The notes: a model not told the origin generated them from the letters alone. A stretch of 38,737 bases of DNA from Promethearchaeota archaeon Loki_b32 (GCA_005223125.1 NJBH01000036.1:1-38737); one strand, 5' to 3'; positions 1-9,988 are shown, counted from the stretch's first letter. Made by a program: numbers and translations.

Positions 1-213
1 GAGGAATCAAATTTAGGTTCGAAACCCCGATGTTTTATTATAATCTTCTTCACCTGATATTTTTATTAAAGATTTTGAGTATATATCTATTCTTCATAAT
101 TTAATAGTTCTATATGAAAAAGTGAGATTATTTAATTTAAAACTATTTAATAAGCTTAAGATTAATAGCAATTTTTAGATATATTACTATAATATAAAAA
201 ATGTGACTGAAAA

Positions 214-768
214 ATGAAAAAAGTATCATTAAGTCCAAAAATCTCTACATTCCCCATGCCCACCGCAGTAATTTCGGTGGGTACGGGAGAAGAAGCAAAT
301 TTAATCACATTGGCCTACGTAGGAAAAGTATGTGCTGATCCTCCCATTGTTGTTGTTTCTATCCGACCCCCAAGACATTCATATCAATTGATTGAAAACC
401 ATAGTGAGTTTGTAATTAATTATCCAACAATAGATCAATTAAAAGAAACAGATTATTGTGGGACACGTTCTGGAAGGAATGTTAATAAATGGAAAGAGTT
501 AAACTTAACTAGAGAAGAAGCTTCAGTAGTAAAAGTCCCTATGATAAAGGAGTTTCCTTGGAACATGGAATGTACAGTGATAAATAGAATAGAATTAGGA
601 ACACATGTCTGCTATTTTGGTAAAGTTGTAGCAACACACTCAGATCCTAAGTATATCAAAACTGATTCTTTGGATCCAGAAAAATTTCATTTTCCAGCAT
701 ATATAGCAGGTAATTACCTCGAAATAAAAAGTGGTATTTTAGAAAAACATGGTTTTTCAATAGAATGA
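214..768 (+). CDS. Flavin reductase-like FMN-binding protein (flavoredoxin family)
   Basis: FPMPTAVIS..., PPIVVVSIRPPRHSY, DYCGTRSGR, ECTV...LGTH motifs. Confidence 0.85.
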   Translation: MKKVSLSPKISTFPMPTAVISVGTGEEANLITLAYVGKVCADPPIVVVSIRPPRHSYQLIENHSEFVINYPTIDQLKETDYCGTRSGRNVNKWKELNLTREEASVVKVPMIKEFPWNMECTVINRIELGTHVCYFGKVVATHSDPKYIKTDSLDPEKFHFPAYIAGNYLEIKSGILEKHGFSIE

Positions 769-817
769 TCTGGATATAAAGATTAATAGTACAACATGAT
801 AAAAAACGTTATTAAAA

Positions 818-1348
818 ATGCCTAAAGATTCCATTGCTCTCATTGGTTTTATGGCTACTGGAAAAACAACAATAGGAAAAGCTTTAGTAGAGTATCTTGG
901 TAATGATTACAGATTTATAGAAACAGATCAACTTATCATTCAAATAGCGGGTAAGCCAATTCCTAGAATTTTTTCTGAGGATGGAGAAGATAAATTTAGA
1001 GAATGTGAAATTTCTGTGTGCGAAAATCTTTCTAAACTACAGCGGGTAATCATTTCATGCGGAGGCGGAGTAGTTGTAAATTGGGTCAATATTGAAAATT
1101 TAAGGAAAAACTGTCATATAGTCTTACTAAATGCTACTCCAGAAGAAATTTTTAAAAGATTATTGAAAAATGGGAAAGAAACAAGACCCATTATTGATAA
1201 AAAGGATCCAAAAGGAGAAATTATGAAAATTTTAAATATTCGAAAGCCCTATTATGAAAAAGCAGCAGAACTTGTCATCGATACTACTGATAAAAAAATT
1301 CAAAATATTGTGAGGGAGATTGCTATAAAAACCTTCTTAAAAACCTAA
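818..1348 (+). CDS. aroK: Shikimate kinase
   Basis: LIGFMATGKTTIG P-loop, GEDKFRECE, SCGGGVV, RP..., RKPYYE. Confidence 0.9.
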   Translation: MPKDSIALIGFMATGKTTIGKALVEYLGNDYRFIETDQLIIQIAGKPIPRIFSEDGEDKFRECEISVCENLSKLQRVIISCGGGVVVNWVNIENLRKNCHIVLLNATPEEIFKRLLKNGKETRPIIDKKDPKGEIMKILNIRKPYYEKAAELVIDTTDKKIQNIVREIAIKTFLKT

Positions 1349-1407
1349 ATTTAAATTTATTAACTATACTTTATATTTAAAATATTTTATAAGAGATTAG
1401 AATCAAT

Positions 1408-1607
1408 ATGACAGAATTTAAAAGAGTAAAGTGTCCTCAATGTGGCAATGAAAATCCACGTAAGCTTCATGAGGAAAACGACAGGAATAATGTGCTTTAT
1501 TACAGTATAGGTAAAGCTAGTTCAGCCTACCGCTGAAGCAGGGCACTCCTGTTTATGCTAAGAATATGAAATGCGGCGGATGTGGCAATATTTTCAAAAA
1601 GAATTAA
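1408..1607 (+). CDS. 56-aa zinc-ribbon protein, spliced: join(1408..1508,1538..1607)
   Basis: Removing the BHB intron gives MTEFKRVKCPQCGNENPRKLHEENDRNNVLYYSMQGTPVYAKNMKCGGCGNIFKKN* with two CxxC pairs. Unspliced, it stops at TGA 1534 and the second CxxC is in another frame. Confidence 0.8.
1509..1537 (+). other. 29-nt BHB mRNA intron
   Basis: Central helix CAGT(1503-06)/GCTG(1532-35); bulges ATA(1507-09) and AAG(1536-38); intron stem GGTA/TACC; exon stems GTGCTTT/AGGGCAC and ACAGGA/TCCTGT. Confidence 0.8.
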
Positions 1608-1663
1608 TTTATAATTTTTATTCTTATTTTTTTAATTTTTATATCTTATAATATCATTTGCTA

Positions 1664-2215
1664 TTATTCTTGACCAAAGGCAGTTTTAATACTTTTAATG
1701 TCAAAAATCGTAGTGTCATATATAGTATAAGGTATATTTTCTAACTTTAAATCTGGTTCAACCTTTTCCAAGAATTTTCCTTTTAGATTTCTCTCATCCG
1801 GAACATAATCAGGGTCCAACTTATGAAAAAGGAAAATTATTTTTGCCTCCGGGCTGTATTTTCTAATTAAATTAAAAACAGCTTTAAAGTACATCACAGA
1901 TTGAATAAGTCGGTAATAATCCTGAATATCTACAACATAATAAAAAAACGAGATTGTGTAAAAATATTTTTTGGGATTCGATAAGTATTTATTACGAAAT
2001 GATTCTTGTCCACCAAAATCCCAAACCTTAGTTTCCTTCTCAAAAAATAAAATGGTACTTCTTTCTACACCCTTAGTTGGATTCATACTGGGTGGTTTAT
2101 TAGGTGTTACATTAATTTTGCCAGTGAGTACATCCATTATTGTAGTTTTTCCCGCATTTTCCATGCCCATAATTACAAGTTTTATCGGTTGTTCTTCATT
2201 TTCCGCATTATCCAT
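1664..2215 (-). CDS. Small Ras-superfamily GTPase (Arf/Rag-like, Asgard type)
   Basis: G1 GMENAGKT, G2 PTKG, G3 WDFGGQ, G4 HKLD, G5 TTI. Confidence 0.88.
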   Translation of the reverse strand: MDNAENEEQPIKLVIMGMENAGKTTIMDVLTGKINVTPNKPPSMNPTKGVERSTILFFEKETKVWDFGGQESFRNKYLSNPKKYFYTISFFYYVVDIQDYYRLIQSVMYFKAVFNLIRKYSPEAKIIFLFHKLDPDYVPDERNLKGKFLEKVEPDLKLENIPYTIYDTTIFDIKSIKTAFGQE

Positions 2216-2370
2216 TATTTATTTCAACTCATCGTTTTTATTTATTCATAATTTTTCAAAAAAACATTGCATTGAAGTGAATGAATTTAAGAAAATATTT
2301 AAAGATTCGACAAAAAAGTAATTAAAAAAGTTAGTAAACAAAAGGAAAAACGAATTATAAAATAAGAATT

Positions 2371-3291
2371 TTACACAGAATTAGCTAAAATTAATGATGG
2401 TTTTGTAAAAATATCTGAAAATTTATTCCAAAACTCTTCTATATCCCATATCTCCTGCTTTTTATATATAGAAGATAATTCCAGAAAAACTTGTTTTATT
2501 ATTAAAGATTGAAAATATGTAATCTTAGGCGCAATAAGCGATAACATATAATCTTTACTTCCACCTCTAAAAGATTTGTCAAGATAAGAATCAAAAAATA
2601 CGTATGACATAATATTAAAGTTTTGTACATTTATCAAAAGACCTTCTGCACGTGTTATATAATCTTGACCATATATAGAAGAAATTACATCGTAGAGCTG
2701 ACTACCAATTTTATCGAGTGGAAAGTCTGATTCAATATCTTTAGGGAAATAATTTTCTAATTTTGGCCCTATTACATCATCCCAAACTACTTCCATTAAT
2801 ACTATTAGATCTTTTTGTTCCTTATAAATAATTTTTTTCTCACTTTCATATGAGGCATAAATCTCATTAATTTTTTTATTTATTAAGTCGGTATTTTTGC
2901 TACGTTTAATTTTACCAGCAATTGTAGCCAATAAATCATCTTCATTAATAGGTTTAGTGAGATAATCATCCGCTCCAAGCATCTTCCCTAACCGAATATC
3001 TTCGGGAGAATCAAGAGCAGACAAAAATATGAAGGGTACATGACAATAGGTTGGGTTATTAGAAACCGCATCAAAAAAGTCATACCCATTCATTTCTGGC
3101 ATCATAATATCACTAATAATGAGATCAGGGCAATCTTTTAGCTCCGAAAGAACTTTTAGCTCCGAAAGAACTTTTAGCCCCTCTTTTCCGTTGTTTGCTG
3201 TAATAACTTGGCACTCGTTAAATTCTAATGTAATTTTAAGATATTTTAAGATATTTGGATCATCCTCGACTATAAGTATTAAGGGTTTCAT
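2371..3291 (-). CDS. Response regulator: receiver domain plus C-terminal possible uDENN/longin-like domain
   Basis: VEDD, ISDIMMPEMNG, GADDYLTKP; C-terminal WDDVIGPKL motif (domain assignment is inference). Confidence 0.8.
   Translation of the reverse strand: MKPLILIVEDDPNILKYLKITLEFNECQVITANNGKEGLKVLSELKVLSELKDCPDLIISDIMMPEMNGYDFFDAVSNNPTYCHVPFIFLSALDSPEDIRLGKMLGADDYLTKPINEDDLLATIAGKIKRSKNTDLINKKINEIYASYESEKKIIYKEQKDLIVLMEVVWDDVIGPKLENYFPKDIESDFPLDKIGSQLYDVISSIYGQDYITRAEGLLINVQNFNIMSYVFFDSYLDKSFRGGSKDYMLSLIAPKITYFQSLIIKQVFLELSSIYKKQEIWDIEEFWNKFSDIFTKPSLILANSV
3135..3178. repeat. In-frame 18-nt tandem duplication (CTTTTAGCTCCGAAAGAA x2 plus partial)
   Basis: Gives LKVLSE-LKVLSE in the receiver domain. 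Confidence 0.85.
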
Positions 3292-3468
3292 TTCATCTCA
3301 CTCATGGATAAATAAAGAAGATTTAAATATTTGACAATAAAGTAATTAATATTTATGTTTTCTTAAATTTAAGGGTAATATTAATTTGAAATATTGAAAA
3401 AATTTAATTAAAACATTAACTTTCAACGAGAAGACGAAACTATGCCCTGTGCAGGTGAAGAAATTGTA

Positions 3469-5127
3469 ATGATTTGGGATCCCCTTGAACGATTTTTATG
3501 GGGAATTGCTATAACCATAACAATAATGTGCGGAATTTATTTTGTACATATAGGAAGAAAAAGAGAAGTCTTTAAGGAAAGAATTATTATGTTAGGACTG
3601 GCAAGCCTGCCCCTTGGTTTTGCATTCAGTTTACTTTTTACATATTTTCAAGGTTTTCAAGTATGGGGAACCTATCATGTTGATAGAAATATATTTTGTG
3701 GAGATTACGATGATATTGGATCGCTATATAACTTTTATGGGATATTAAGTTACATATCTTTTGGATTAGGAGGTTTATTCTTTGTATTAACCTTTGATAT
3801 AATAAAACGCACGAGATTTCTTCTTACAATCATTGCCACTGTTCCAATAGTATTAGTAATTTTTTTTTTCTCAATTGACGAAATGGAGACGGTGAAATCC
3901 ATTTTTAATGTTTATTTAATACTTGAATTGGTATTCTTTGTTCCACTTGTATTATTTCGTTATACAAAATGGTCCAGTTTTGAGTTTAAAGCCGTATCTT
4001 CATTTTTATTCTTCGGTTTTATATTATTCATGATTTCATTACTCTTTGCTAAGAGTCTTCATAGGAAGCTCGATGTATACCCATTATTTTTAGGCCCGCT
4101 CTTATTAATTGCAGGTTGCTGTATCATGATAATACCAATAATTATTGATCCTAACGTGGTTTCTCACCCCTTAACTTATTGGGTATTTTTTGCAATTTTA
4201 ACTATAACCTTTCTCATTGGAATAACAATTTTTGACATTATCTTATTATCTCACCCAAAGAACCCGTGGTCAGTAAAATGGATAATACTAATAGGTGATT
4301 ATTTGGTAGCCATTTTCTATTTTTCTATTTTATTGATTCTCATAATTAAAAACATACGTTCTGAAATAATCTCCATCAGTGAAGAAAAATTGAAAGAGGA
4401 TGAAGCTTATAAAGCCGATTTTTTAGCAATGTTCACGAGACCGCAACAAGTTAGTTTTTTAGCAAGTATGAGTCATGAATTCAAAACTCCATTAACTTCT
4501 ATAATAGGTTTTACAAGAACGATATTGAAGGGAAGGGTTGGAGAGATAAATGAAGAACAAGAAAACCAACTTAATATTATTCTAAATAGTGCAACTCATT
4601 TAGATGAATTGATTAATCGTGTATTAAACATGGCTAAAATTGAAACAAGTAAATTAACCATAAGAAAAGATAAGTTTAATCTCGTAGAAGAGTTAATAAA
4701 CTTGATAGAAACTTTTAGTGTTGCTGTTAAGGAAAAAGGACTTGACCTTTTTGTGGATGCTCCCGAAAACCTTATAATTTACAATGATAAACAACAGATT
4801 AATCAAATTTTAATAAATCTAATTGGAAATGCAATAAAATTCACTGACAGTGGGATGATTTCCATAAAAATTAAAAGAAAAAAAGAAAATATTGTAATTT
4901 CAGTTAAAGATAGTGGACCAGGAATACAAAAAGAAGATTTAAAAAAATTATTCAAACCGTTTAGTCAAATTCTTGAACCTGGGAAGTTTAAAGAGGGAAG
5001 TGGTCTAGGACTTTATCATTCTAAGAAATTAGCGAATCTACTCGGGGGAGATATAACAGTAAAAAGCAAATTTGGGAAAGGAAGCACTTTCAAATTAGTT
5101 TTAAAAACAGAAGAGGAGGATATATGA
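3469..5127 (+). CDS. Multi-pass membrane sensor histidine kinase (HisKA + HATPase_c)
   Basis: SHEFKTPL H-box, NLIGNAIKF N-box, DSGPGI, GSGLGL; many TM helices. Start moved to ATG 3469 behind AGGTGA (ORF track starts at 3442). Confidence 0.9.
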   Translation: MIWDPLERFLWGIAITITIMCGIYFVHIGRKREVFKERIIMLGLASLPLGFAFSLLFTYFQGFQVWGTYHVDRNIFCGDYDDIGSLYNFYGILSYISFGLGGLFFVLTFDIIKRTRFLLTIIATVPIVLVIFFFSIDEMETVKSIFNVYLILELVFFVPLVLFRYTKWSSFEFKAVSSFLFFGFILFMISLLFAKSLHRKLDVYPLFLGPLLLIAGCCIMIIPIIIDPNVVSHPLTYWVFFAILTITFLIGITIFDIILLSHPKNPWSVKWIILIGDYLVAIFYFSILLILIIKNIRSEIISISEEKLKEDEAYKADFLAMFTRPQQVSFLASMSHEFKTPLTSIIGFTRTILKGRVGEINEEQENQLNIILNSATHLDELINRVLNMAKIETSKLTIRKDKFNLVEELINLIETFSVAVKEKGLDLFVDAPENLIIYNDKQQINQILINLIGNAIKFTDSGMISIKIKRKKENIVISVKDSGPGIQKEDLKKLFKPFSQILEPGKFKEGSGLGLYHSKKLANLLGGDITVKSKFGKGSTFKLVLKTEEEDI

Positions 5128-5151
5128 TATTTAAAGTGTTGATTCGTTTTT

Positions 5152-6357
5152 TCAAATTAAAGATAAAACAATCTTATTTTGTGCTATTAGCATATCTCCC
5201 ATAATAAGCTCCATTGCATCTTTAATATCTGGATTACTCTCAGGAATACTGCGTTTTGCATTCACACTTGCCATTAAGACTTCATTTAATCCGCGTAAGA
5301 TCATATCAGGGCTATACCATGGGCGTTGTGAGGCCCACCATTGTTGACAGCTGTGAATTCCGCGATCTAACAAGTTTCTTGCATTATCAAATATTCTTTT
5401 CTTATCCTCATTCATACCATCCCGATATTTTGCTGCTAAATGAATTAAAGTAAGGGCATACATGAAAAATCGGTGTTGTTCAAGGTGAATTTCGTTGTTT
5501 GGATCAAGCCAAAGAGGAAATGGCACATCATGAGCAATATCATATGGCATTGTCGACCAACTGGAGTCTCGTGGTACTTGAGTGAAGCCTTTAGGGAATT
5601 TATCAACTATTTCCGAGACGGTACATAGTTTCACATCGTTCCTATGTGGTAGCGCATCAAACAAGGGTATCAAGAAATCTCTTATCGCATGCTTTACATG
5701 GTGTCCAAATGTTTCTCCATCAAGACCAAGAATCACATACATATCCTGTGAAGTATTCTTATATTTTAACCTACTGGTAAAAGCATCAATGTTGTTAATC
5801 TTATCAAAAGCACAATCAATTGAGGTATAATCATCTCTAAAAAGAACTCTTAATCCATTAGGATGCACGGATATATGGTTTGTAGGAAATTCTGGTAAAA
5901 TATTTGCAATTCCGCTCATAATCATCCAATCAAATCCCTCCTTTTTAACTGTTTTAAACACCTCTTCAGAAACAGCCATTTCTGGGGGAAAAAACCCACG
6001 AGGATTGTAAAGTTTCCCAAAAAAGTGTTCATTTGTTTCATTATTTAGTTGTATCTGACGTTTAATTTCAGGTTCTGGAATTAAAGGAAGTAATGGATGG
6101 AATTTCCCAGACCCTGTAAATTCAATTTGTCCTCTCGAAGCAAGTGTAGTAATAGCTCCTATCAAATCGTCATATCCATAATCATGTAATTGTTCGGTTA
6201 AAGTTCCATTGATGTTTAACGTAATCTTTGCCTCTGAATGATCTCTTAAAGCTTCAATTATAGGCTTGTATGATTCGTTTACGATTTGTTTTATTACAGA
6301 AGGGATTTGAACTGGTGGCTGGTAAATATGAAATAAAAAGGCAAAATAGACTACCAT
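5152..6357 (-). CDS. Glycoside hydrolase family 57 protein
   Basis: HIYQP, ESY, HPLLPL, PPEMA (nucleophile), DGETFGHH. Confidence 0.88.
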   Translation of the reverse strand: MVVYFAFLFHIYQPPVQIPSVIKQIVNESYKPIIEALRDHSEAKITLNINGTLTEQLHDYGYDDLIGAITTLASRGQIEFTGSGKFHPLLPLIPEPEIKRQIQLNNETNEHFFGKLYNPRGFFPPEMAVSEEVFKTVKKEGFDWMIMSGIANILPEFPTNHISVHPNGLRVLFRDDYTSIDCAFDKINNIDAFTSRLKYKNTSQDMYVILGLDGETFGHHVKHAIRDFLIPLFDALPHRNDVKLCTVSEIVDKFPKGFTQVPRDSSWSTMPYDIAHDVPFPLWLDPNNEIHLEQHRFFMYALTLIHLAAKYRDGMNEDKKRIFDNARNLLDRGIHSCQQWWASQRPWYSPDMILRGLNEVLMASVNAKRSIPESNPDIKDAMELIMGDMLIAQNKIVLSLI

Positions 6358-6417
6358 ATAATAAACTAAAAGTCCTACTTTTTTAATTTTTATAGTTCTA
6401 ATTTTAAGGGGATAAAT

Positions 6418-7170
6418 TTATTGATTATTTAGTATTAAATTGTACATTTCTTTCATTTTACTGACATTAATTTGCCCAGATGCTGTTTTTTCTTCTAAGG
6501 AAGCATAAGTGAAATATGAACCAGCAAGAATGCAAGTAATTCTAGAGAAGATACCTAATGGTCCCATACAGAATGAGATAACTTTTTGATTGGAATTAAA
6601 CATTTCTTTACACAGTTTTAATGGTACTAAATTATCTTCAAATTTTTGAGCTGTAAAAATGATTTTATAGATAATCTCTTCAAGTACATCTGAATCTAAA
6701 GATAAATCTTGAATTAATTTATTATTGAAATTTTGTATAAGTTTGATTGTATCATCAAAGCTTATTGTTTTTTCAAAATTATGATATGAAAATATTATTT
6801 TTACTTCATTTTGGGAAGCTAAATTGATGATTTCATTTATGATGTTTTGATCGGTATTCATTTCAAAGTCTACATAATCAGGTTTAGATTCTATAAACAT
6901 TTTCAGGATTTTAAAGCGGTCTTTTTGATTTATTTTGAGTTGACCACCTTCAGATGGGTCCCTTAAAGTGAAGATAACACCAGCATAAGGCTTAATACTT
7001 TTTACTATATCTCTTAAGAAATCCATTGAAAGAGTTTTAATGTTAGATATATAATCAAACCTTAATTCAATTAGTTTAGGATTTGATTTTAATACATCTG
7101 CAATTATAGGTTCAACTTCTTTAAAACTTGTATTTTTAATAGGTATCGAGACACAAATATTAAATTTCAT
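6418..7170 (-). CDS. aroD: Type I 3-dehydroquinate dehydratase
   Basis: IELRFD, FTLRDPSEGG, SYHNFEKT, FCMGPLGIFSR, TASGQ; start at ATG 7170. Confidence 0.88.
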   Translation of the reverse strand: MKFNICVSIPIKNTSFKEVEPIIADVLKSNPKLIELRFDYISNIKTLSMDFLRDIVKSIKPYAGVIFTLRDPSEGGQLKINQKDRFKILKMFIESKPDYVDFEMNTDQNIINEIINLASQNEVKIIFSYHNFEKTISFDDTIKLIQNFNNKLIQDLSLDSDVLEEIIYKIIFTAQKFEDNLVPLKLCKEMFNSNQKVISFCMGPLGIFSRITCILAGSYFTYASLEEKTASGQINVSKMKEMYNLILNNQ

Positions 7171-7198
7171 GATTTGGAATAAATAATAAAGAAAAATA

Positions 7199-7843
7199 TT
7201 AAATTTCAATAATCTGCTTTACGTCGTCCATAGTGAAACTCAAAGTATCTGTAGCATCTACTTTTTTCAGTTTTCCCCTTTTCTTATAATATTTAATGAG
7301 CGGTTTGGCATTTTTTTCGTAAGCATCTATTCTATTCTTCAAAGTTTCTTCATTATCATCGCTTCTTTGTTCAAATTTTATTTCAGCACCGCATTTATCA
7401 CAAATTCCTTCCACCTTTGGTGGAAGAGTGAATTTATTATATATCTCCCCACAATTATTACAACCATATCTGCCTAAAATTCTTTTAAATATAATATCTC
7501 GAGAAACTTGTAATAATAGAAGTAAATCTATTTCAGTTATATCTGTTAAGGCTTCTGCTTGAGGCAATGTTCGAGGAAATCCGTCAAGAATAAAACCCTC
7601 TCTTTTAACATCCTCTCTATTTAATCTATCTCTAACCATTGCTATAGTAACATCATCAGGTACTAATTCTCCCTTATCCATGTAGCTTTTTGCTTTTAAT
7701 CCTAAAGGAGTTTCGTTTTTCAAATTTTCCCGAAATATATCTCCTGTACTTATATGAATGATTTCAGGTGCTACTTTTTTTATCTGTCCTGAAAACGTGC
7801 CTTTTCCTGCTCCAGGTGGTCCAAATAAAATTAATTTTTTCAT
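7199..7843 (-). CDS. adk: Adenylate kinase (bacterial-type, Zn-binding LID)
   Basis: GPPGAGKGT, HISTGDIFR, LDGFPRT, CxxC...CxxC LID, RSDD. Confidence 0.93.
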   Translation of the reverse strand: MKKLILFGPPGAGKGTFSGQIKKVAPEIIHISTGDIFRENLKNETPLGLKAKSYMDKGELVPDDVTIAMVRDRLNREDVKREGFILDGFPRTLPQAEALTDITEIDLLLLLQVSRDIIFKRILGRYGCNNCGEIYNKFTLPPKVEGICDKCGAEIKFEQRSDDNEETLKNRIDAYEKNAKPLIKYYKKRGKLKKVDATDTLSFTMDDVKQIIEI

Positions 7844-7930
7844 CTTAATCAATTATTTTTATTTCTAATTTGTAGATAATTTAGTTGGACATAAATTAAA
7901 ATTATTTTGCCTAAATATTTTATAAAAATG

Positions 7931-8518
7931 CTATCCAGTAAAATAAGATTTTTCTAATTTTTTTACTAAATATTCTACTAATCTTTTTTCTCTTAAGCTA
8001 AATGTATTGGTAAAATCTGTTTTTATAGAAGAACCATAATAAGAATTTCCTAAAAAAGTATGTGATTTTTGTATTGAATCTAGCAGTAATTTTTTATTTC
8101 CTATATGAAGAAATATTGATATATCATTGATAATTAATATTGAAGTGGGATTTTCATTGAATAAATTTAATATTTTAAAAGTTATTTTATAATTTTTACA
8201 AGCATTCTCGTAAAGCTCTTTAATATTTCTTGCGTTCAGCCGGGGTGGGATTATTTCTCCTTCAAGGGAAAAGTTATTACATTTAATACCGTCTTTATAA
8301 AAGTCCTTAATTTTGCCGCCAATTTTGATATTTTTAATGATACATTGTGGCGGAGCAAAATCTAAGATACTAATTTCTTTTGGATCTATATGTTTTGATT
8401 CTATAAGGAATTGAATAAATATTGCTGTATAATAAGTCTTTTTGGTGTTAGTTTCCCCGTATAATAATGTATGATGATCGATTAAACTAGAGTAGTCAAT
8501 ATTGTTGTGTAAGTTCAT
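7931..8518 (-). CDS. Hypothetical protein with degenerate P-loop-like N-terminus
   Basis: TLLYGETNTKKT, ILDFAP; intact 195-aa ORF in a co-oriented run. Confidence 0.6.
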   Translation of the reverse strand: MNLHNNIDYSSLIDHHTLLYGETNTKKTYYTAIFIQFLIESKHIDPKEISILDFAPPQCIIKNIKIGGKIKDFYKDGIKCNNFSLEGEIIPPRLNARNIKELYENACKNYKITFKILNLFNENPTSILIINDISIFLHIGNKKLLLDSIQKSHTFLGNSYYGSSIKTDFTNTFSLREKRLVEYLVKKLEKSYFTG

Positions 8519-8532
8519 AGGAAATTGAAAAA

Positions 8533-9135
8533 TTAATTTTTTAGGAAAAAATCTGCTCGTGAAATTCCTGCCTTTTTTAACGCGATTAATATTAAGTACC
8601 CGATAATAGCCCCAGGAATACTACTTAGAGCCCATGAGATCCAAAACCCCCATAGGAAAATAGGATCCCATGTTGTTGTAGCATATATAATTGGATTTAC
8701 TAAATAAGCAATTGTCCCCCCAATAAAAACTGTACCAAATGGTTCAACCAGGGCAGATAATTCTACATATTTTGATTTTTTTTTCCATAATATCAACGAG
8801 ACAAGACCTACAATAAATGCTCCTGATAAGTGTCCATGAAAAGCGTGAAAAGAACCAAATCCTAATGAAAATCTATAAATTGCAATTCCTAAACCAGTTA
8901 GTAGAGCGAAAGGAAGTCCTATTAATACGCCTGTTATTCCATTTATCAAATGTGCAAATGGATATATTTTTGCGCTTAAAATTTGAATATATATGAAAGG
9001 ATTAAAAGGACTTAAAAAAACGGCTCCAATTGCAATGAATATAGCTGCAATTGCAACTTTTTTAGTAATTGGGCTTTGAATTATTGTTCTTTCTTTTTCT
9101 TCATTGTTAGGTTTCTGTTCACTCAGTTTTCTCAC
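8533..9135 (-). CDS. thiW: ECF transporter S component, ThiW-like
   Basis: KIYPFAHLINGITGVLIG, R.SLGFGSFHAF.G, EPFGTVFIG, SSIPGAIIG. Start uncertain (GTG 9135 chosen). Confidence 0.75.
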   Translation of the reverse strand: MRKLSEQKPNNEEKERTIIQSPITKKVAIAAIFIAIGAVFLSPFNPFIYIQILSAKIYPFAHLINGITGVLIGLPFALLTGLGIAIYRFSLGFGSFHAFHGHLSGAFIVGLVSLILWKKKSKYVELSALVEPFGTVFIGGTIAYLVNPIIYATTTWDPIFLWGFWISWALSSIPGAIIGYLILIALKKAGISRADFFLKN

Positions 9136-9310
9136 ATTGTCTAAAGCAAATTTTCTTATATTAGTAATTTTTTTTACTATAAATATTTTAAAATTAGAAA
9201 TTCTTTTAGGAAAATCTAAGAAATTAAAGAGTTTTAATCTATTAAAGTATTTAAAATCATATAAAATTTGTAAGAGTTTTTCTATTTTTTCCAAAAACGG
9301 TAATTATTTA

Positions 9311-9985
9311 ATGAAGATTGGGAATCAAACTATTAATCCAAGTAAGATTATCTGCATCGGTACAAATTACATGGATCATATCGAAGAGACAGGTTTAGAC
9401 GTTCCAAAAGAACCAGTTCTATTTCCAAAAACATTAAATTGTTTGATTTCAAATAATGACCCCATAATTTATCCCAAATTTTTATATAACCAACGTAAAT
9501 ATAATAGAGTAGATTATGAAGTAGAATTAGCATTTATTATAAAAGATAGATGTAAGTATGTTCCAAAAGAGGATGTATACAATCACATACTTGGATACAC
9601 GGTATTTAATGATGTAACAGCAAGAAAAATGCAAGCTAAAGATATTGTATCTAAATTACCATGGTTTCGATCAAAATCCTTCGATACATTTGGTCCAATT
9701 GGTCCGAGGATTGTTGATATTGATGAAATCAAAGATCCACATAATTTGAATATCAATTTAAAGTTAAATGGAGAAATTAAGCAATTATCTAATACAAAAC
9801 ATTTATTGTTTAAGATACCAGAACTTTTAGAATATATATCGACTATTTTAACTTTAGAACCCGGAGATATTATAGCTACTGGGACACCAAGTGGGATTGG
9901 ACCTATGCAACCAGGTGATCTTATTGAAGCAACAATAGAAAAAATTGGAACTCTTGTAAATAATGTAGTTATGGAAGGTGAATAA
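9311..9985 (+). CDS. Fumarylacetoacetate hydrolase family protein
   Basis: KIICIGTNY, DYEVEL, NDVTAR, KSFDTFGPIGP, GDIIATGTP; start at ATG 9311. Confidence 0.9.
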   Translation: MKIGNQTINPSKIICIGTNYMDHIEETGLDVPKEPVLFPKTLNCLISNNDPIIYPKFLYNQRKYNRVDYEVELAFIIKDRCKYVPKEDVYNHILGYTVFNDVTARKMQAKDIVSKLPWFRSKSFDTFGPIGPRIVDIDEIKDPHNLNINLKLNGEIKQLSNTKHLLFKIPELLEYISTILTLEPGDIIATGTPSGIGPMQPGDLIEATIEKIGTLVNNVVMEGE

Positions 9986-9988
9986 AAA

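Noticed and set aside
14-32. GGTTCGAAACC resembling a tRNA T-loop
   Set aside because: No full T-stem or acceptor pairing. Better explained as a minus-strand coding start (..KHRGFEPKFDS) running off the window, too short to call.
1534-1536. In-frame TGA as selenocysteine in the small Cys-rich ORF
   Set aside because: Readthrough gives SRALLFMLRI* and misses the second CxxC, which is in another frame; the TGA lies inside the BHB intron.
9104-9310. Long N-terminal extensions of the ThiW and FAH ORFs overlapping each other
   Set aside because: AT-rich divergent promoter region; family homology begins at ATG 9311 (+) and near 9135 (-).
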